A stretch of DNA of 64,000 nt from the NCBI GenBank assembly GCA_021773835.1, contig JAJFJQ010000062.1:314599-378598 (forward strand). Direction: 5' to 3'. Every line of letters starts with the position of its first letter. Position 1 is the stretch's first letter. Shown here piece after piece: positions 38,440 through 48,826 of the stretch. This DNA comes from Gammaproteobacteria bacterium. GTDB taxonomy: Bacteria > Pseudomonadota > Gammaproteobacteria > Ga0077536. The notes beneath the pieces are model-generated. The model ran no database searches and was not told where the DNA came from. It was given only the letters and a program-made list of their open reading frames with translations. Both the position numbers and the translations under genes were made by a program.

Positions 38440-39690
38440 TCAGTTCGCCAATAATCGCCCCGCGCGGTAGTAGTGCCAAGCGGACCAGAGTCCGATGAAG
38501 CCGGCTAAGAACAGACTCCAGCGCAACGAATCGTCGCCGAATCGAGGTTGCAGGAAGTCGCTCATCGAGCCGATGACCCACGGACCGACGCCGAGGCCAA
38601 TTGTATTGGTAATGAACAACAACACGGCAATCGATACCGCCCGCATGCGAAGTTCAACGATGCCCTGGATCTGCGCAACAGTTGGGCCGATCCAGGCATT
38701 GACCACCATCATCGGCACGCTGAATGCCGCCATCGCCAAGTACGGGTTCGATACCAGGTAGGTGAGCGCGCTGAACGGCACTGCGATCAATAAACCGGTT
38801 GCCGTCGTCCATAAATACCACGATCTATTTCGCAACCCCAGTTTGTCGGCCAGCATCCCGCCAAGCAACATGCCGGAACCGCCGGCGATTCCCATTATTA
38901 GGCCCAGCCATAATCCAATTTCGCTGGTAGTCATGGCGTGGCTGCGGATCAAAAACGAAGGAAACCATCCCATCAATCCGTAACCCATAAATGCGGCCAG
39001 CGCACCACCGGCCGCGCAATGGCGAAAGACCGGTTTGGAGAGTAAAAATTTCAAGGTGTAGCCGAAGCTAGGCTTGCTGTCGTCCATCTGGCGACTCTCG
39101 GACTGCCCGCGCGGCGGCTCGTCGATCGTAAAACGGACTACGAGACTCAACGCCACACCAGGCAAGCCAACGACCAAGAACGCCATCCGCCAGCCGAATT
39201 CCTGGTTAACCCAACCGCCGAGGAAGAGGCCGAACATCAGGCCAAGTGGGACACCGAGCGAGTAGATAGCGTAGGCGGTTGAGCGTTCGCCCGGTGGATA
39301 GTGATCGCTCAACAGCGAGAACGCCGGCGGTGTGCACCCAGCTTCTCCCATGCCGACCCCAACGCGCGCGGCCGCCAACTGCCAAAAATTTTGTGCGATC
39401 CCGCAACAGGCTGTCATAAGACTCCAAAACGCCAATGCTAGGCTGATTAGATTTCTCCGATTTCCGCGGTCGGCCCATAGAGCAATTGGGATCCCCATTA
39501 CGACGTAAAATAAGGCAAACGCGAAGCCGGTTAGCAGGCCCAGCATTTGATCAGAGACGCCAAGATCCTGCTTGATCGACTCAAGCAGGATCGACAGGAT
39601 CTGGCGGTCGATGAAGTTGACCGTATAGACCAGCATGAGGATCCCAAGAACATATCGGCGTGCAATGCTGGATTCCGGCATAGTGTTCAT
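38440..39690 (-). CDS. MFS transporter (spinster-like)
   Basis: NFIDRQILSIL, ADRGNRRNL, GEAGCTPP..SLLSD motifs; 12 TMs. Confidence 0.92.
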   Translation of the reverse strand: MNTMPESSIARRYVLGILMLVYTVNFIDRQILSILLESIKQDLGVSDQMLGLLTGFAFALFYVVMGIPIALWADRGNRRNLISLALAFWSLMTACCGIAQNFWQLAAARVGVGMGEAGCTPPAFSLLSDHYPPGERSTAYAIYSLGVPLGLMFGLFLGGWVNQEFGWRMAFLVVGLPGVALSLVVRFTIDEPPRGQSESRQMDDSKPSFGYTLKFLLSKPVFRHCAAGGALAAFMGYGLMGWFPSFLIRSHAMTTSEIGLWLGLIMGIAGGSGMLLGGMLADKLGLRNRSWYLWTTATGLLIAVPFSALTYLVSNPYLAMAAFSVPMMVVNAWIGPTVAQIQGIVELRMRAVSIAVLLFITNTIGLGVGPWVIGSMSDFLQPRFGDDSLRWSLFLAGFIGLWSAWHYYRAGRLLAN

Positions 39691-39995
39691 AGAGTATTGC
39701 AGTCGCTTGACTCGCGGCTTTGTCTACTGCGTGGGTAGGTGAACAATTTTAGCCGCGGCCATGAACTCCCGTATAGCAATGGTCTATCTCGCGATCCCAC
39801 CCGCCGAGAGCGGATCATGAAACTAGAATCATGGCGTGCGCCATTGTATTGCTCAATAACGCCGGATCTAGATTGATTTTGAGTATGCTCTCGCGCGATG
39901 TTCTTACGGTCATTGCCTATAGCACTCCAATTGTCCGTATGAAATCATGTGGGTGAGGTGCCGCCGGCCAACGCTAGACGAATTCTCCGATCAAA

Positions 39996-41138
39996 ATGAA
40001 AAAGCTCGTCATCATTTTTGTATTAGCCGGCATGGCCGCAGCTGCAATCTGGTATTACACCCGGCCCGAACCGATTGCCGTGCGCTTGCACACGATCGAA
40101 CGCGGTACGGTACGCTCAACGGTGTCGAATACGCGGGTCGGTACTGTGGAAGCGTGTGAGCGTGCGCAGATGTCACCGGCCGCGCCGGGACAAGTCGCGG
40201 CGCTGAATGTTAGCGAAGGCGATCGCGTGCCGGCCGGACATGTATTGCTTGAGATATGGAACGACGATCGCAAGGCTGACCTTCGCTTGGCCGAGGCCGA
40301 GGCTACCGCCGCCCATTCGCGCGCGGCAGATGTGTGTGCGACGGCTGCTGGTGCCAAGCGCGAGGCGGATCGATTGCAAAAACTGCGCGCGCGCAAGCTT
40401 GTTTCTGAAGAAGCGCTCGATACCGCGGTTACGGAATCTGATTCGCGGCGCGCGGCCTGTGAAGCGGGTATTGCCGCAACACGGGTCAGCGCAGCAAGCA
40501 TTGAAGTTGCACGCGAGGCGTTGGAGCGCACGTTCTTGCGTGCACCCTTCGACGGTGTGATTGCCGAGATCGACGTACGCCTCGGCGAGTATTTGACACC
40601 GTCACCGCCCGGTATCGCGACCCTGCCGGCGATCGACATTATTAATCCTGATTGTATTTACGTTACCGCGCCAATCGATGAGGTCGATGCGCCGGCGATA
40701 AATACTGGGATGTCTGCATGCGTGACACTAGATGCCTTTCGGGATCAACGCTGCGGTGCAGTTGTGCGACGTATTGCCCCCTATGTGCTTGAACTTGAGA
40801 AGCAGGCGCGAACGGTTGAAATCGAGGTTGAAATAGTAAACGCCGAAGACGCCCTCGGCCTACTGCCTGGATATAGTGCCGATATCGAGGTGTTGATAGA
40901 GGCCCGTGACCAGGTGCTACGGGTGCCGACTGAAGCAGTCTTCGATAGCAATAAACTCCTTGTTTACGACCCACTAAGCACGCAAGTAGCGGCGCGCGAG
41001 ATTGAGATTGGGATCTCGAATTGGCAATTTACTGAGGTCGTTGCCGGGATCGAGGTCGGTGAAGTCGTGGTGTTATCGACCGGGCGGGCTGGGGTTGCCG
41101 ATGGCGCAGTCGTTGTCGCGGAGGACGCCGGTGATTAG
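39996..41138 (+). CDS. Periplasmic adaptor (MacA/HlyD-like membrane fusion protein)
   Basis: N-terminal TM anchor, V.EGDRV..G, coiled hairpin, LRAPFDG, LPGYSAD. Confidence 0.9.
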   Translation: MKKLVIIFVLAGMAAAAIWYYTRPEPIAVRLHTIERGTVRSTVSNTRVGTVEACERAQMSPAAPGQVAALNVSEGDRVPAGHVLLEIWNDDRKADLRLAEAEATAAHSRAADVCATAAGAKREADRLQKLRARKLVSEEALDTAVTESDSRRAACEAGIAATRVSAASIEVAREALERTFLRAPFDGVIAEIDVRLGEYLTPSPPGIATLPAIDIINPDCIYVTAPIDEVDAPAINTGMSACVTLDAFRDQRCGAVVRRIAPYVLELEKQARTVEIEVEIVNAEDALGLLPGYSADIEVLIEARDQVLRVPTEAVFDSNKLLVYDPLSTQVAAREIEIGISNWQFTEVVAGIEVGEVVVLSTGRAGVADGAVVVAEDAGD

Positions 41139-41173
41139 ATGAGACTGCGTGTGAATAGATAACGGGTTGATCC

Positions 41174-41857
41174 ATGATCGATCTACGTAACATCACCAAA
41201 ACCTTCGTTCTGGGCGAGCAACAGGTCAATGCAGTTATTGACGTTGACCTCACCATTGGGCGCGGCGAGTACGTGTCGATCATGGGTCCTTCCGGCTCTG
41301 GGAAGTCGACATTATTGAATCTCATTGCATTGCTCGACAGGCCGAGTTCTGGCGAGTATCGGTTCGATGACCAGCTTGTCACCGATTTAAGCGACGATGA
41401 ACTTGCCGGCGTGCGTCGCCATTCGATCGGATTTATTTTTCAGTCGTTCCACCTCGTGCCGCGTCTAACTGCAAGTCAAAATGTTGAATTACCGTTAACC
41501 TTGGCCGGCGTAGCTCCCGTTAGGAGGCGTGAACAAGTCGAACGGGCGCTCGACGCAACGAGCCTATCGGACCGTGCACAGCATCGTTCGCACGAGCTCT
41601 CTGGCGGACAACGGCAAAGGGTTGCCATTGCGCGCGCTATCGTTACCGAGCCAAAACTTATTCTCGCGGATGAGCCGACCGGGAATCTCGACACCGCGGC
41701 GGGAAGCCAGGTCGTAGCGCTGCTCGAAGAACTTCGGATTAAGCAGGGCGTAACTTTGATCGTTGTGACCCACGACCCGGATCTGGGACAGCGGGCTGAG
41801 CGACAGATACGGATCGTCGACGGTCGCATCGCCAAGGATGTTCATGCATCCGCTTGA
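41174..41857 (+). CDS. ABC transporter ATP-binding protein (MacB/LolD-like)
   Basis: GPSGSGKST, LSGGQRQRVAIARA, ADEPTGNLD, VTHD. Confidence 0.96.
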   Translation: MIDLRNITKTFVLGEQQVNAVIDVDLTIGRGEYVSIMGPSGSGKSTLLNLIALLDRPSSGEYRFDDQLVTDLSDDELAGVRRHSIGFIFQSFHLVPRLTASQNVELPLTLAGVAPVRRREQVERALDATSLSDRAQHRSHELSGGQRQRVAIARAIVTEPKLILADEPTGNLDTAAGSQVVALLEELRIKQGVTLIVVTHDPDLGQRAERQIRIVDGRIAKDVHASA

Positions 41858-43052
41858 TGTTTTTAGATTCGCGATCGGATCGCTGCGTTCAAATTGGCGG
41901 CGCACCGGTTTAATCGCACTCGCCACGGCAATTGGCGTGAGTTCGGTGTTATTGCTAACCGCTCTTGGCGAGGGCGCGAACCGTTATGTTCGCGGACAGT
42001 TCGAATCGCTCGGCACTAATCTGCTGATCGTGTTGCCCGGGCGCAGTGAGACCGTTGGTGGGCCCCCGCCATTGTTGGGCGAGACACCTCGCGATTTAAC
42101 CGTCGATGACGCGTACGCGTTACTGCAACATCCGAGTCTGCAGCAGGTCGCCCCCGTTATGGTTGGAGCGGCGCCGGTCTCGACCCCCGCCGGACTCGAA
42201 CGTGAAGTGACGATTCTGGGCTCGACCAGCGAGATGCTTGATATCCAGCGCCTGCAAATGGCCTACGGGCAGTTCTTACCGCCGGGCGATCCACAACGTG
42301 CGGCTTCGGTTTGCGTCCTCGGCTCTGAACTAGCCGTCCATCTGTTCGGTTCAAGTACTGCCGTTGGCCAGTGGGTGCGAGCAGGCGATCGTCGGTTCCG
42401 CGTGATCGGCGTGTTGGCGGATTCCGGTGTCACCGTTGGGATTGATTTTAACGACCTTGCAATAATTCCGGTGGCCTCTGCACAGGCCTTGTTTAATCGT
42501 GAATCGCTCTTTCGGATCTTGGTTGAGGCGGCGACGGAACAAGATCTCGACGCTGGTGAGAAGGCCATCCATCGTTTGATCGCCGAGCGCCATGAGGGTG
42601 AGGACGACGTTACCGTGATTGCCCAGGACAGCGTGGTAAAAACATTGGGACGGGTACTGACGACTTTGACCTATGGCGTTGGCGGAATTTCAGCCATCAG
42701 CTTGATAGTCGCTGGTGTGCTGATCATGAATGTAATGCTCGTGTCGGTTACCCAGCGGCGGGCGGAGATCGGTTTGCTAAAGGCACTCGGGGCGCGACTC
42801 GCAGACGTGCGCCGAATGTTCATGGTCGAGGCGTTGCTATTGGCAACGCTGGGGGCGGTCGTTGGGCTGGTGGTCGGTCTCGCGGCGACGCAGGTCGTGG
42901 CCGAGTTATATCCGAAGTTTCCAGTGGCCGTACCGCTATGGTCCATCGTAGTAGCGCTGTCGGTTGCCATGTCGACCGGCCTAATTTTCGGCGTTATACC
43001 GGCGCGACGCGCAGCGGCGTTGGATCCAATAGAGGCCTTGTCGAAACGCTGA
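41838..43052 (+). CDS. ABC transporter permease (MacB/FtsX family)
   Basis: AIGVSSV, GVLIMNVMLVSVTQRRAEIGLLKALGA, PARRAA.LDPIEAL. Confidence 0.93.
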   Translation: MFMHPLDVFRFAIGSLRSNWRRTGLIALATAIGVSSVLLLTALGEGANRYVRGQFESLGTNLLIVLPGRSETVGGPPPLLGETPRDLTVDDAYALLQHPSLQQVAPVMVGAAPVSTPAGLEREVTILGSTSEMLDIQRLQMAYGQFLPPGDPQRAASVCVLGSELAVHLFGSSTAVGQWVRAGDRRFRVIGVLADSGVTVGIDFNDLAIIPVASAQALFNRESLFRILVEAATEQDLDAGEKAIHRLIAERHEGEDDVTVIAQDSVVKTLGRVLTTLTYGVGGISAISLIVAGVLIMNVMLVSVTQRRAEIGLLKALGARLADVRRMFMVEALLLATLGAVVGLVVGLAATQVVAELYPKFPVAVPLWSIVVALSVAMSTGLIFGVIPARRAAALDPIEALSKR

Positions 43053-44251
43053 TGCTGGTATCTGACGTACTGCGCTTCGCCGGCGGTTCGATCCTCGGTC
43101 ATCGACTGCGCTCCGGTTTGACGATCCTCGGTATTGCCGTTGGCATTGGCGCGGTTGTCGTGTTGACTGCGGTTGGCGAAGGGGTGCGTCAGTTTATCTT
43201 GGGTGAATTTACCCAGTTCGGTACGAATATCATCGCGGTAACGCCCGGCAAGACTTCAACATTTGGCGTGTCGGGGGCAGCAATTTCAAGTGTCCGGCCG
43301 CTGACTACCGACGATGCCGTGGCGCTATCGCGCCTGAGCGCCGTGTCCGCTGTAGTGCCGATGATCCAAGGCAACGCTCGGGTTGAGTTTCAGCAGCGCA
43401 ATCGACGCACCACGATCATCGGTGTGAGTGCCGACATGCCGGCGGCATGGCGAATGCAGGTCGCCGTCGGTCAGTTTTTGCCACCCGATCCGTTTGACAG
43501 CGCGCGCGCGTTTGTGGTCTTGGGATCGAAAATGCGAGATGAGTTGTTTGGGGTTCGCAACCCCTTAGGGGCGCGGGTCCGAGTGGGTACCGATCGATTT
43601 CGTGTGATTGGGGTGATGGAATCGAAAGGACAGATGCTCGGATTCGATCTCGATGACACGGTATTCATTCCAATCGGCAAAGCAATGGCGCTGTTTAATC
43701 GTGATGGACTGATGGAAATTGATGTCACGTATCGTGAGGATGACAGTGCCGATGCGGTCGCACGAACGCTGAAGGAGTTGCTGTTGACACGTCATGGGCA
43801 GGAAGATTTCACCATTAAAACTCAAGAACAGATGCTGTCGGTACTGGATTCGATTTTGCGTCTGCTGACCGCCGGGGTTGCGGCAATTGGCGCCATCTCG
43901 CTGCTTGTCGGTGCCGTTGGCATATCGACCATCATGACGATCGCGGTTGCCGAGCGAACGGCGGAGGTTGGTCTGTTTCGCGCGATTGGGGCACGTCGTT
44001 CGGAAATCCGCAATCTGTTCTTAGTCGAGGCCGCGATCTTGGGTGCGTGCGGCGGTATCATCGGGATCGTCGCTGCCGTCGCCCTCGTTCGTTTAGTGCA
44101 ACTTGGCGTACCCGGATTTCCGCTGGAGTTGGTGTGGCGCTATGTGCTGGCGGCGTTTTTGGTCGCAACCTTGATCGGGGTCATTTCCGGACTGATGCCG
44201 GCGCGTCGCGCGGCGCATATGGATCCGGTTGAAGCCTTGCGCGCCGAATAG
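43052..44251 (+). CDS. ABC transporter permease (MacB/FtsX family), second paralog
   Basis: RSGLTILGIAVG, VAERTAEVGLFRAIGA, PARRAA.MDPVEALR; ATG overlaps the previous TGA. Confidence 0.93.
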   Translation: MLVSDVLRFAGGSILGHRLRSGLTILGIAVGIGAVVVLTAVGEGVRQFILGEFTQFGTNIIAVTPGKTSTFGVSGAAISSVRPLTTDDAVALSRLSAVSAVVPMIQGNARVEFQQRNRRTTIIGVSADMPAAWRMQVAVGQFLPPDPFDSARAFVVLGSKMRDELFGVRNPLGARVRVGTDRFRVIGVMESKGQMLGFDLDDTVFIPIGKAMALFNRDGLMEIDVTYREDDSADAVARTLKELLLTRHGQEDFTIKTQEQMLSVLDSILRLLTAGVAAIGAISLLVGAVGISTIMTIAVAERTAEVGLFRAIGARRSEIRNLFLVEAAILGACGGIIGIVAAVALVRLVQLGVPGFPLELVWRYVLAAFLVATLIGVISGLMPARRAAHMDPVEALRAE

Positions 44252-44288
44252 CGCAATGGCGCGCCGTACGAAACTTGAATCCGGTGGC

Positions 44289-45470
44289 TTACAACGCGGC
44301 GAGTGTGGTTGGATCTAGCCCGAGTTCATCGCGCAACACCGCCTGGTTATGTTCGCCGATGTTTGCGACATGTGGCCGGACGGCGGCATGCGTACGCGAG
44401 AACAAAAATGGCGTGTTTGGCACTTTTAAGGAACCGCCGTTGTCATTGACTTCGGTGATCATTTTTCGATGCTGGAGCTGTGGATCGTCCAAGGTTGCAG
44501 CGATGTCACGATAGCTGCTGACTGGGATCTTGCGCTCGCTGAGTCGTTCGAGCACGTCAGCGGTTGTTTTTGTGCGCGTCCAATCGGCCGCGATTGCTTG
44601 TAACTCGGCATAATTGTGCAGTCGCGACACTGTAGCCGCGAATCGTGGGTCGGTCTTTAGCTCAGGCCGTCCCATGAGATCCACCAGGTCTTCGAAATGC
44701 CGTGGACTGATCACCATCATAAAAATGTAGCCGTCGGTGGTTTCAAGCGGGCCATACAAACGGTCGTGTTCTTGGGGATCAAGCGCCAATTGGAAATCTT
44801 TTTGCATCGTACCGAGTAGGGCATCGAACATTGCAATGTCGATGTATTGTCCTATCCCGGTTTTCTCCCGGTAATACAAGGCAGAATTGATCGCACCAAA
44901 CGCCTGCAAGGCGGCGACGTTATCGGCAACCGGTAGCCCCATGTTGAGTGGTTTATCGATGCCAGGTTGGTATTTCAAGGTCACCGCATCGTAACCGCTC
45001 CACGCTTGAACGACGGGAGCGAAGGCCGGTCGCTGAGCGTCGGGACCGGTCTGCCCAAAGCCCGATATCGAACACATCACAAGACGGTCGTTGAGTGCAC
45101 TTAATACCGGATAATCAATGCCCAGCCGTTGCATGACACCGGGACTGAAATTCTCGATCACGACATCTGCAGTACTAGCCAGTCGTTTGACGACGTCGAT
45201 AGCATTAGGATCCTTGAGGTCGAGGCTGATACAACGCTTGCCGGCGTTGAGGTGGCTAAAAAGTTTGCTTGCGCCATCGCGGTGCGGTGGCACGGCGCGC
45301 AGCAATTCACCTTGCGGGGGTTCGACCTTGAGGACCTCTGCGCCAAGGTCGGCCATCATTCGAGTGCAATAAGGGCCGGAAATAACGCAGGTAAAATCCA
45401 GTACGACTACACCGTCGAGCACGCGCGGGCCGTCGGCTTGACGGTTATCTTCCAGATTCATTGCATTCAC
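44289..45470 (-). CDS. CaiB/BaiF class III CoA-transferase
   Basis: LDGVVVLDF..ISGPYCTRMMADLGAEVLKVEPP, DVVIENFSPG, SGFGQTGP. Confidence 0.93.
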   Translation of the reverse strand: MNAMNLEDNRQADGPRVLDGVVVLDFTCVISGPYCTRMMADLGAEVLKVEPPQGELLRAVPPHRDGASKLFSHLNAGKRCISLDLKDPNAIDVVKRLASTADVVIENFSPGVMQRLGIDYPVLSALNDRLVMCSISGFGQTGPDAQRPAFAPVVQAWSGYDAVTLKYQPGIDKPLNMGLPVADNVAALQAFGAINSALYYREKTGIGQYIDIAMFDALLGTMQKDFQLALDPQEHDRLYGPLETTDGYIFMMVISPRHFEDLVDLMGRPELKTDPRFAATVSRLHNYAELQAIAADWTRTKTTADVLERLSERKIPVSSYRDIAATLDDPQLQHRKMITEVNDNGGSLKVPNTPFLFSRTHAAVRPHVANIGEHNQAVLRDELGLDPTTLAAL

Positions 45471-45533
45471 TCAAAAATTGGATCGCTAATGTTACGATGT
45501 CTTACCCGAGGGCGAAACATAGGATAACGGTCA

Positions 45534-45977
45534 ATGATCGATCGGAAGTTTATCGGCTACAGATCGCCGTCATTTGATGCAGAGGTCGAGAAAGGCCGGT
45601 TACGTCTGTTTGCGAAAGCGATCGGCGAGCCCGATCCGATCTATTCAGACGAGCGCGCCGCCCAAGCCGCAGGCTACCGGTCGATCCCAGTGCCGCCGAC
45701 ATTCCTATTTTGTCTTGAGATGGAGCAACCCGATCCCTACCGTTGGTTTCGCGATATTGGCATCCCCCTACCGTACGCGCTCCATGGGGGACAGTCGTTT
45801 CGCTATCAAGCGACCGCCTGTGCCGGAGATGTTTTGACCTTCGATGCGGAAGTTGTCGATATCTACGATAAGAAAAACGGCGCTTTAGAGTTCGTGGTGC
45901 AAGAGGTGTACATTCGCGATCAACGTACCTCGCCCATCGCAGGCTTCACCCGCACGATCGTGGTCCGAAATGACTGA
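45534..45977 (+). CDS. MaoC-like dehydratase, N-terminal-type hotdog subunit
   Basis: VEKGRLRLFAKAIGE.DPIY.D, PPTF, LHGGQ.F.Y. Confidence 0.88.
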   Translation: MIDRKFIGYRSPSFDAEVEKGRLRLFAKAIGEPDPIYSDERAAQAAGYRSIPVPPTFLFCLEMEQPDPYRWFRDIGIPLPYALHGGQSFRYQATACAGDVLTFDAEVVDIYDKKNGALEFVVQEVYIRDQRTSPIAGFTRTIVVRND

Positions 45978-45986
45978 GGGGGAATA

Positions 45987-46406
45987 ATGGTCGAGCCGAT
46001 TTACGCTGAAGTCAATGTCGACGATGAGCTGCAGCCCTTAACGATGCCGCCGGTGTCGCGCCAAACCTTGGCGATATACTGTGGTGCATCCGGCGACCAT
46101 AACCCCATCCATGTGGACTTTGATTTTGCGCGCGAATCGGGATTAGACGATGTGATAGCACACGGCATGCTGGTGATGGCCTATATGGGACGGCTATTGA
46201 CGGGTTGGGTACGCCAAGATGCGATCCGATCTTTCGACACGCGTTTCCAAGCCATGACCCAGGTTGGCGATGCGATCACGGTCCATGGGCGGGTGGTTGA
46301 AAAGTTTAGCGACGACAATACGAATTGCGTGCGGATAGACTTGGCGGCAATCGATCAGCACAACGAGGTGAAGGCCATCGGGTCGGCCGTCGTGAGCTTG
46401 AATTAG
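45987..46406 (+). CDS. MaoC-family (R)-enoyl-CoA hydratase/dehydratase
   Basis: YCGASGDHNPIHVD...A...G...IAHGML hydratase-2 motif. Confidence 0.92.
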   Translation: MVEPIYAEVNVDDELQPLTMPPVSRQTLAIYCGASGDHNPIHVDFDFARESGLDDVIAHGMLVMAYMGRLLTGWVRQDAIRSFDTRFQAMTQVGDAITVHGRVVEKFSDDNTNCVRIDLAAIDQHNEVKAIGSAVVSLN

Positions 46407-46415
46407 CAAACCGGT

Positions 46416-46760
46416 ATGGTATTTATTCGGAAATTTGGGAATCTGGTGGTGAGCGGATGCCTGACCTCGAGCTTGGTGTTGGCAATGGCCATCGTGGTTT
46501 CCACGAATGCCGAGGTGATTCACATTCCGGTTGGGCAGCAGGCGCCGGAAAAGCAGGATCTGCCGCGTCCAGTGCGCGGCATGAGCGCCGATCAGGTGAT
46601 AGAGCAGTTTGGTTTGCCGAACAGCAAATCAGATCCGGTGGGTGAGCCACCGATATCGATCTGGCGTTATCCCGATTACAACGTCTATTTCGAATCAGGC
46701 ACTGTGATACATAGCGCGCTGACGCACACACCGAAGGTCGATGTAGGCAAGCTCGAGTAG
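46416..46760 (+). CDS. Small exported hypothetical protein (BamE/SmpA-like beta-domain)
   Basis: Signal-like N-terminus; P.RGMS..QV...FG.P......G.PPI..W.Y....VYFE. Confidence 0.65.
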   Translation: MVFIRKFGNLVVSGCLTSSLVLAMAIVVSTNAEVIHIPVGQQAPEKQDLPRPVRGMSADQVIEQFGLPNSKSDPVGEPPISIWRYPDYNVYFESGTVIHSALTHTPKVDVGKLE

Positions 46761-46787
46761 CCGCCCCATCAGTGGGGTGAGGTAATG

Positions 46788-47963
46788 CTAGGGCGTGACA
46801 GCCGCCACGGTAGCGGTCTTGAGTTTTCCTTGGAACCAAAAACCAAGAACCGCCAATGCAACGGCGATCATTTCGAAGGCGACGGTATAGCCAAAGCGGT
46901 CAATGACGCGTCCGAAGAAGGCGACACCCGCGCCTTGGCCGATCATCAACGAGAATACAAATAACGCGACGGCGGTACCGCGAGCATCGGGCGCTAGCTC
47001 GGTCGCCAAGGTCTGTAGGGTGTTGTGCATGACGTAGAATCCGAAGCCACAAATAACCATGATTGGAACACAGATCTGCCACCCTGGCGCAAATGCGAAA
47101 CCTAGGTAGCAGCAAGACGTGATGATGCTGCCGACGATGACCATGCGGCGTTCACCCAGCGCCGGGACAATAAACTTCGCGGTATTACTGTAAATCAAGC
47201 TACCGATCCCAAAGCAGGCAAGCAACAGGCCAATCCAGGCATAGCCAAGGCCGAAGTGCTCATGCAAAAAGGCACCGATATACGCGCCGCCGGCGAAGAA
47301 AAAAAAGCCTTCGGTACTTGCCGTAATGGCAACGTGGCGCGGCCCGCGTTGGCGCAAGAGCTCGATATATGACCGAAACAAGTGGCGGCCGCGAAGCGGC
47401 GCGGGACGCAGTGTCTCGCGGTGGTGATTCGAGTAGCGCCACACGAAGTAGGTCATGGCACCAGCAAGGATGCCGAAAACAACAAAGATCACCCGCCAAC
47501 CAAATGCCGCAGCCATGATCCCGCCAAGGCTACCACCCGCGATCTGGCCCAAGATAAGTCCGCTCAAATAACGCGCGATCACCGGTTGACGGACTTCATA
47601 GGCAAAATGATCGGCGATAAACGCCATTGACAGCGGGACGACCGCGGCGGTCGCGATGCCGGCCATGAACCGAAGCGCCGCGAGTGCCTCGATGCTATTT
47701 GCGGCCGCGCACCCGATCGTGAACAAAGAAGAGGCGCCCAGCGATATCACTATAACGCTCAGCTTGCCGAAGCGGTCGCCAAGCGGCCCTAAAACGATTT
47801 GGCAAATTCCGTAAGGCAGGGCAAATGCCGTGACGATAATGCCCGCCGTACCTATTGTGAGTTCGAAGTCGGCAGCGATGACGGGAAGGAGTGGGTCCGT
47901 GATCCGCATGATCGCGACGATGATGAATGCGGCCGCACTGAGCCAGAATATGATTTGTTGCAT
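46788..47963 (-). CDS. MFS transporter
   Basis: GPLGDRFGK motif A; about 12 TMs; likely start MQQIIFW at 47963. Confidence 0.9.
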   Translation of the reverse strand: MQQIIFWLSAAAFIIVAIMRITDPLLPVIAADFELTIGTAGIIVTAFALPYGICQIVLGPLGDRFGKLSVIVISLGASSLFTIGCAAANSIEALAALRFMAGIATAAVVPLSMAFIADHFAYEVRQPVIARYLSGLILGQIAGGSLGGIMAAAFGWRVIFVVFGILAGAMTYFVWRYSNHHRETLRPAPLRGRHLFRSYIELLRQRGPRHVAITASTEGFFFFAGGAYIGAFLHEHFGLGYAWIGLLLACFGIGSLIYSNTAKFIVPALGERRMVIVGSIITSCCYLGFAFAPGWQICVPIMVICGFGFYVMHNTLQTLATELAPDARGTAVALFVFSLMIGQGAGVAFFGRVIDRFGYTVAFEMIAVALAVLGFWFQGKLKTATVAAVTP

Positions 47964-48059
47964 GGGTCTCAAAAAAAGGCGGCGATGGGTGAACAGACTG
48001 ACGGCGGTATTGTTCGGGCACGCATGATACACGACTTCCGTGACTCAATTTTTGTTGCC

Positions 48060-48677
48060 ATGGCGATTAAAGATTCATGCGCAGCTGCCGCTAACACGGG
48101 CAACAAACCGATCGAATCATGCCCGATGATCCATCTCCACACATCGCACTCGCCAACTACCACGCAACTCCCAACGCGATCAGATAAGCCTGTGGCGACA
48201 CCAGAGCCGGTGGATTCGGCGGAACTCAAAATGATCCAGCAGCTTCGTGCGCGCGATCTGGAGGTGAGAAGCCACGAGCAAGCGCATGTGGCAGCGGCCG
48301 GTAGTCTCGCTCAGGGCGGCCCATCGTTTCAGTTCACCCGGGGTCCCGATGGCCGACTGTATGCGACCGGCGGCGAAGTCGGAATCGACGTGTCGCCGGT
48401 GGCGAACGATCCGCACGCCACTATCGAAAAGGCACAGCAGATCCGCCGTGCGGCGTTGGCACCGTCGAATCCATCACAAGCGGATCGCGCGGTAGCGGCG
48501 CGGGCAACGGCAATGATTACTGAGGCTAGAGCTGAGTTACAGCGCAATGCCCGTGACGCAGAAGCGCCGTTGGAGGTTGTTGACAAAGCAGACGATGGTC
48601 ACGAGGCAGACGGATTGCTGGCGCATTTTGCTACGAATTCAGCGGAGCGTTCGCCGCAGATCGATTTAACAATCTGA
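48060..48677 (+). CDS. SprA-related family protein
   Basis: L.ARD.EVR.HEQAH, GPDGRLYA.GGEV.ID, AALAP.NPS.AD..VA motifs; start uncertain (48060 or 48126). Confidence 0.8.
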   Translation: MAIKDSCAAAANTGNKPIESCPMIHLHTSHSPTTTQLPTRSDKPVATPEPVDSAELKMIQQLRARDLEVRSHEQAHVAAAGSLAQGGPSFQFTRGPDGRLYATGGEVGIDVSPVANDPHATIEKAQQIRRAALAPSNPSQADRAVAARATAMITEARAELQRNARDAEAPLEVVDKADDGHEADGLLAHFATNSAERSPQIDLTI

Positions 48678-48826
48678 TCCGACGGAACATCCAATTTAAC
48701 CGCGCAGAACACGAGAATTAGACATCATTGATAACATCGATTATACGGGATTGATTCCCGTGTCCTGTGTACCGTCCGTGGTAAATTTCGTTATCTAAAC
48801 CTGCCTGTAGCCTTTCTATTCAAGCC

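Noticed and set aside
39996-46406. MacAB-like exporter and CoA-transferase/MaoC genes as part of the FAAL system
   Set aside because: More than 25 kb away, separated by housekeeping genes, and common stand-alone modules.
48695-48786. Imperfect inverted repeat between the convergent SprA-like and LLM genes, as a possible MITE/REP
   Set aside because: Single degenerate copy with no target-site duplication; more simply a bidirectional terminator-like structure.
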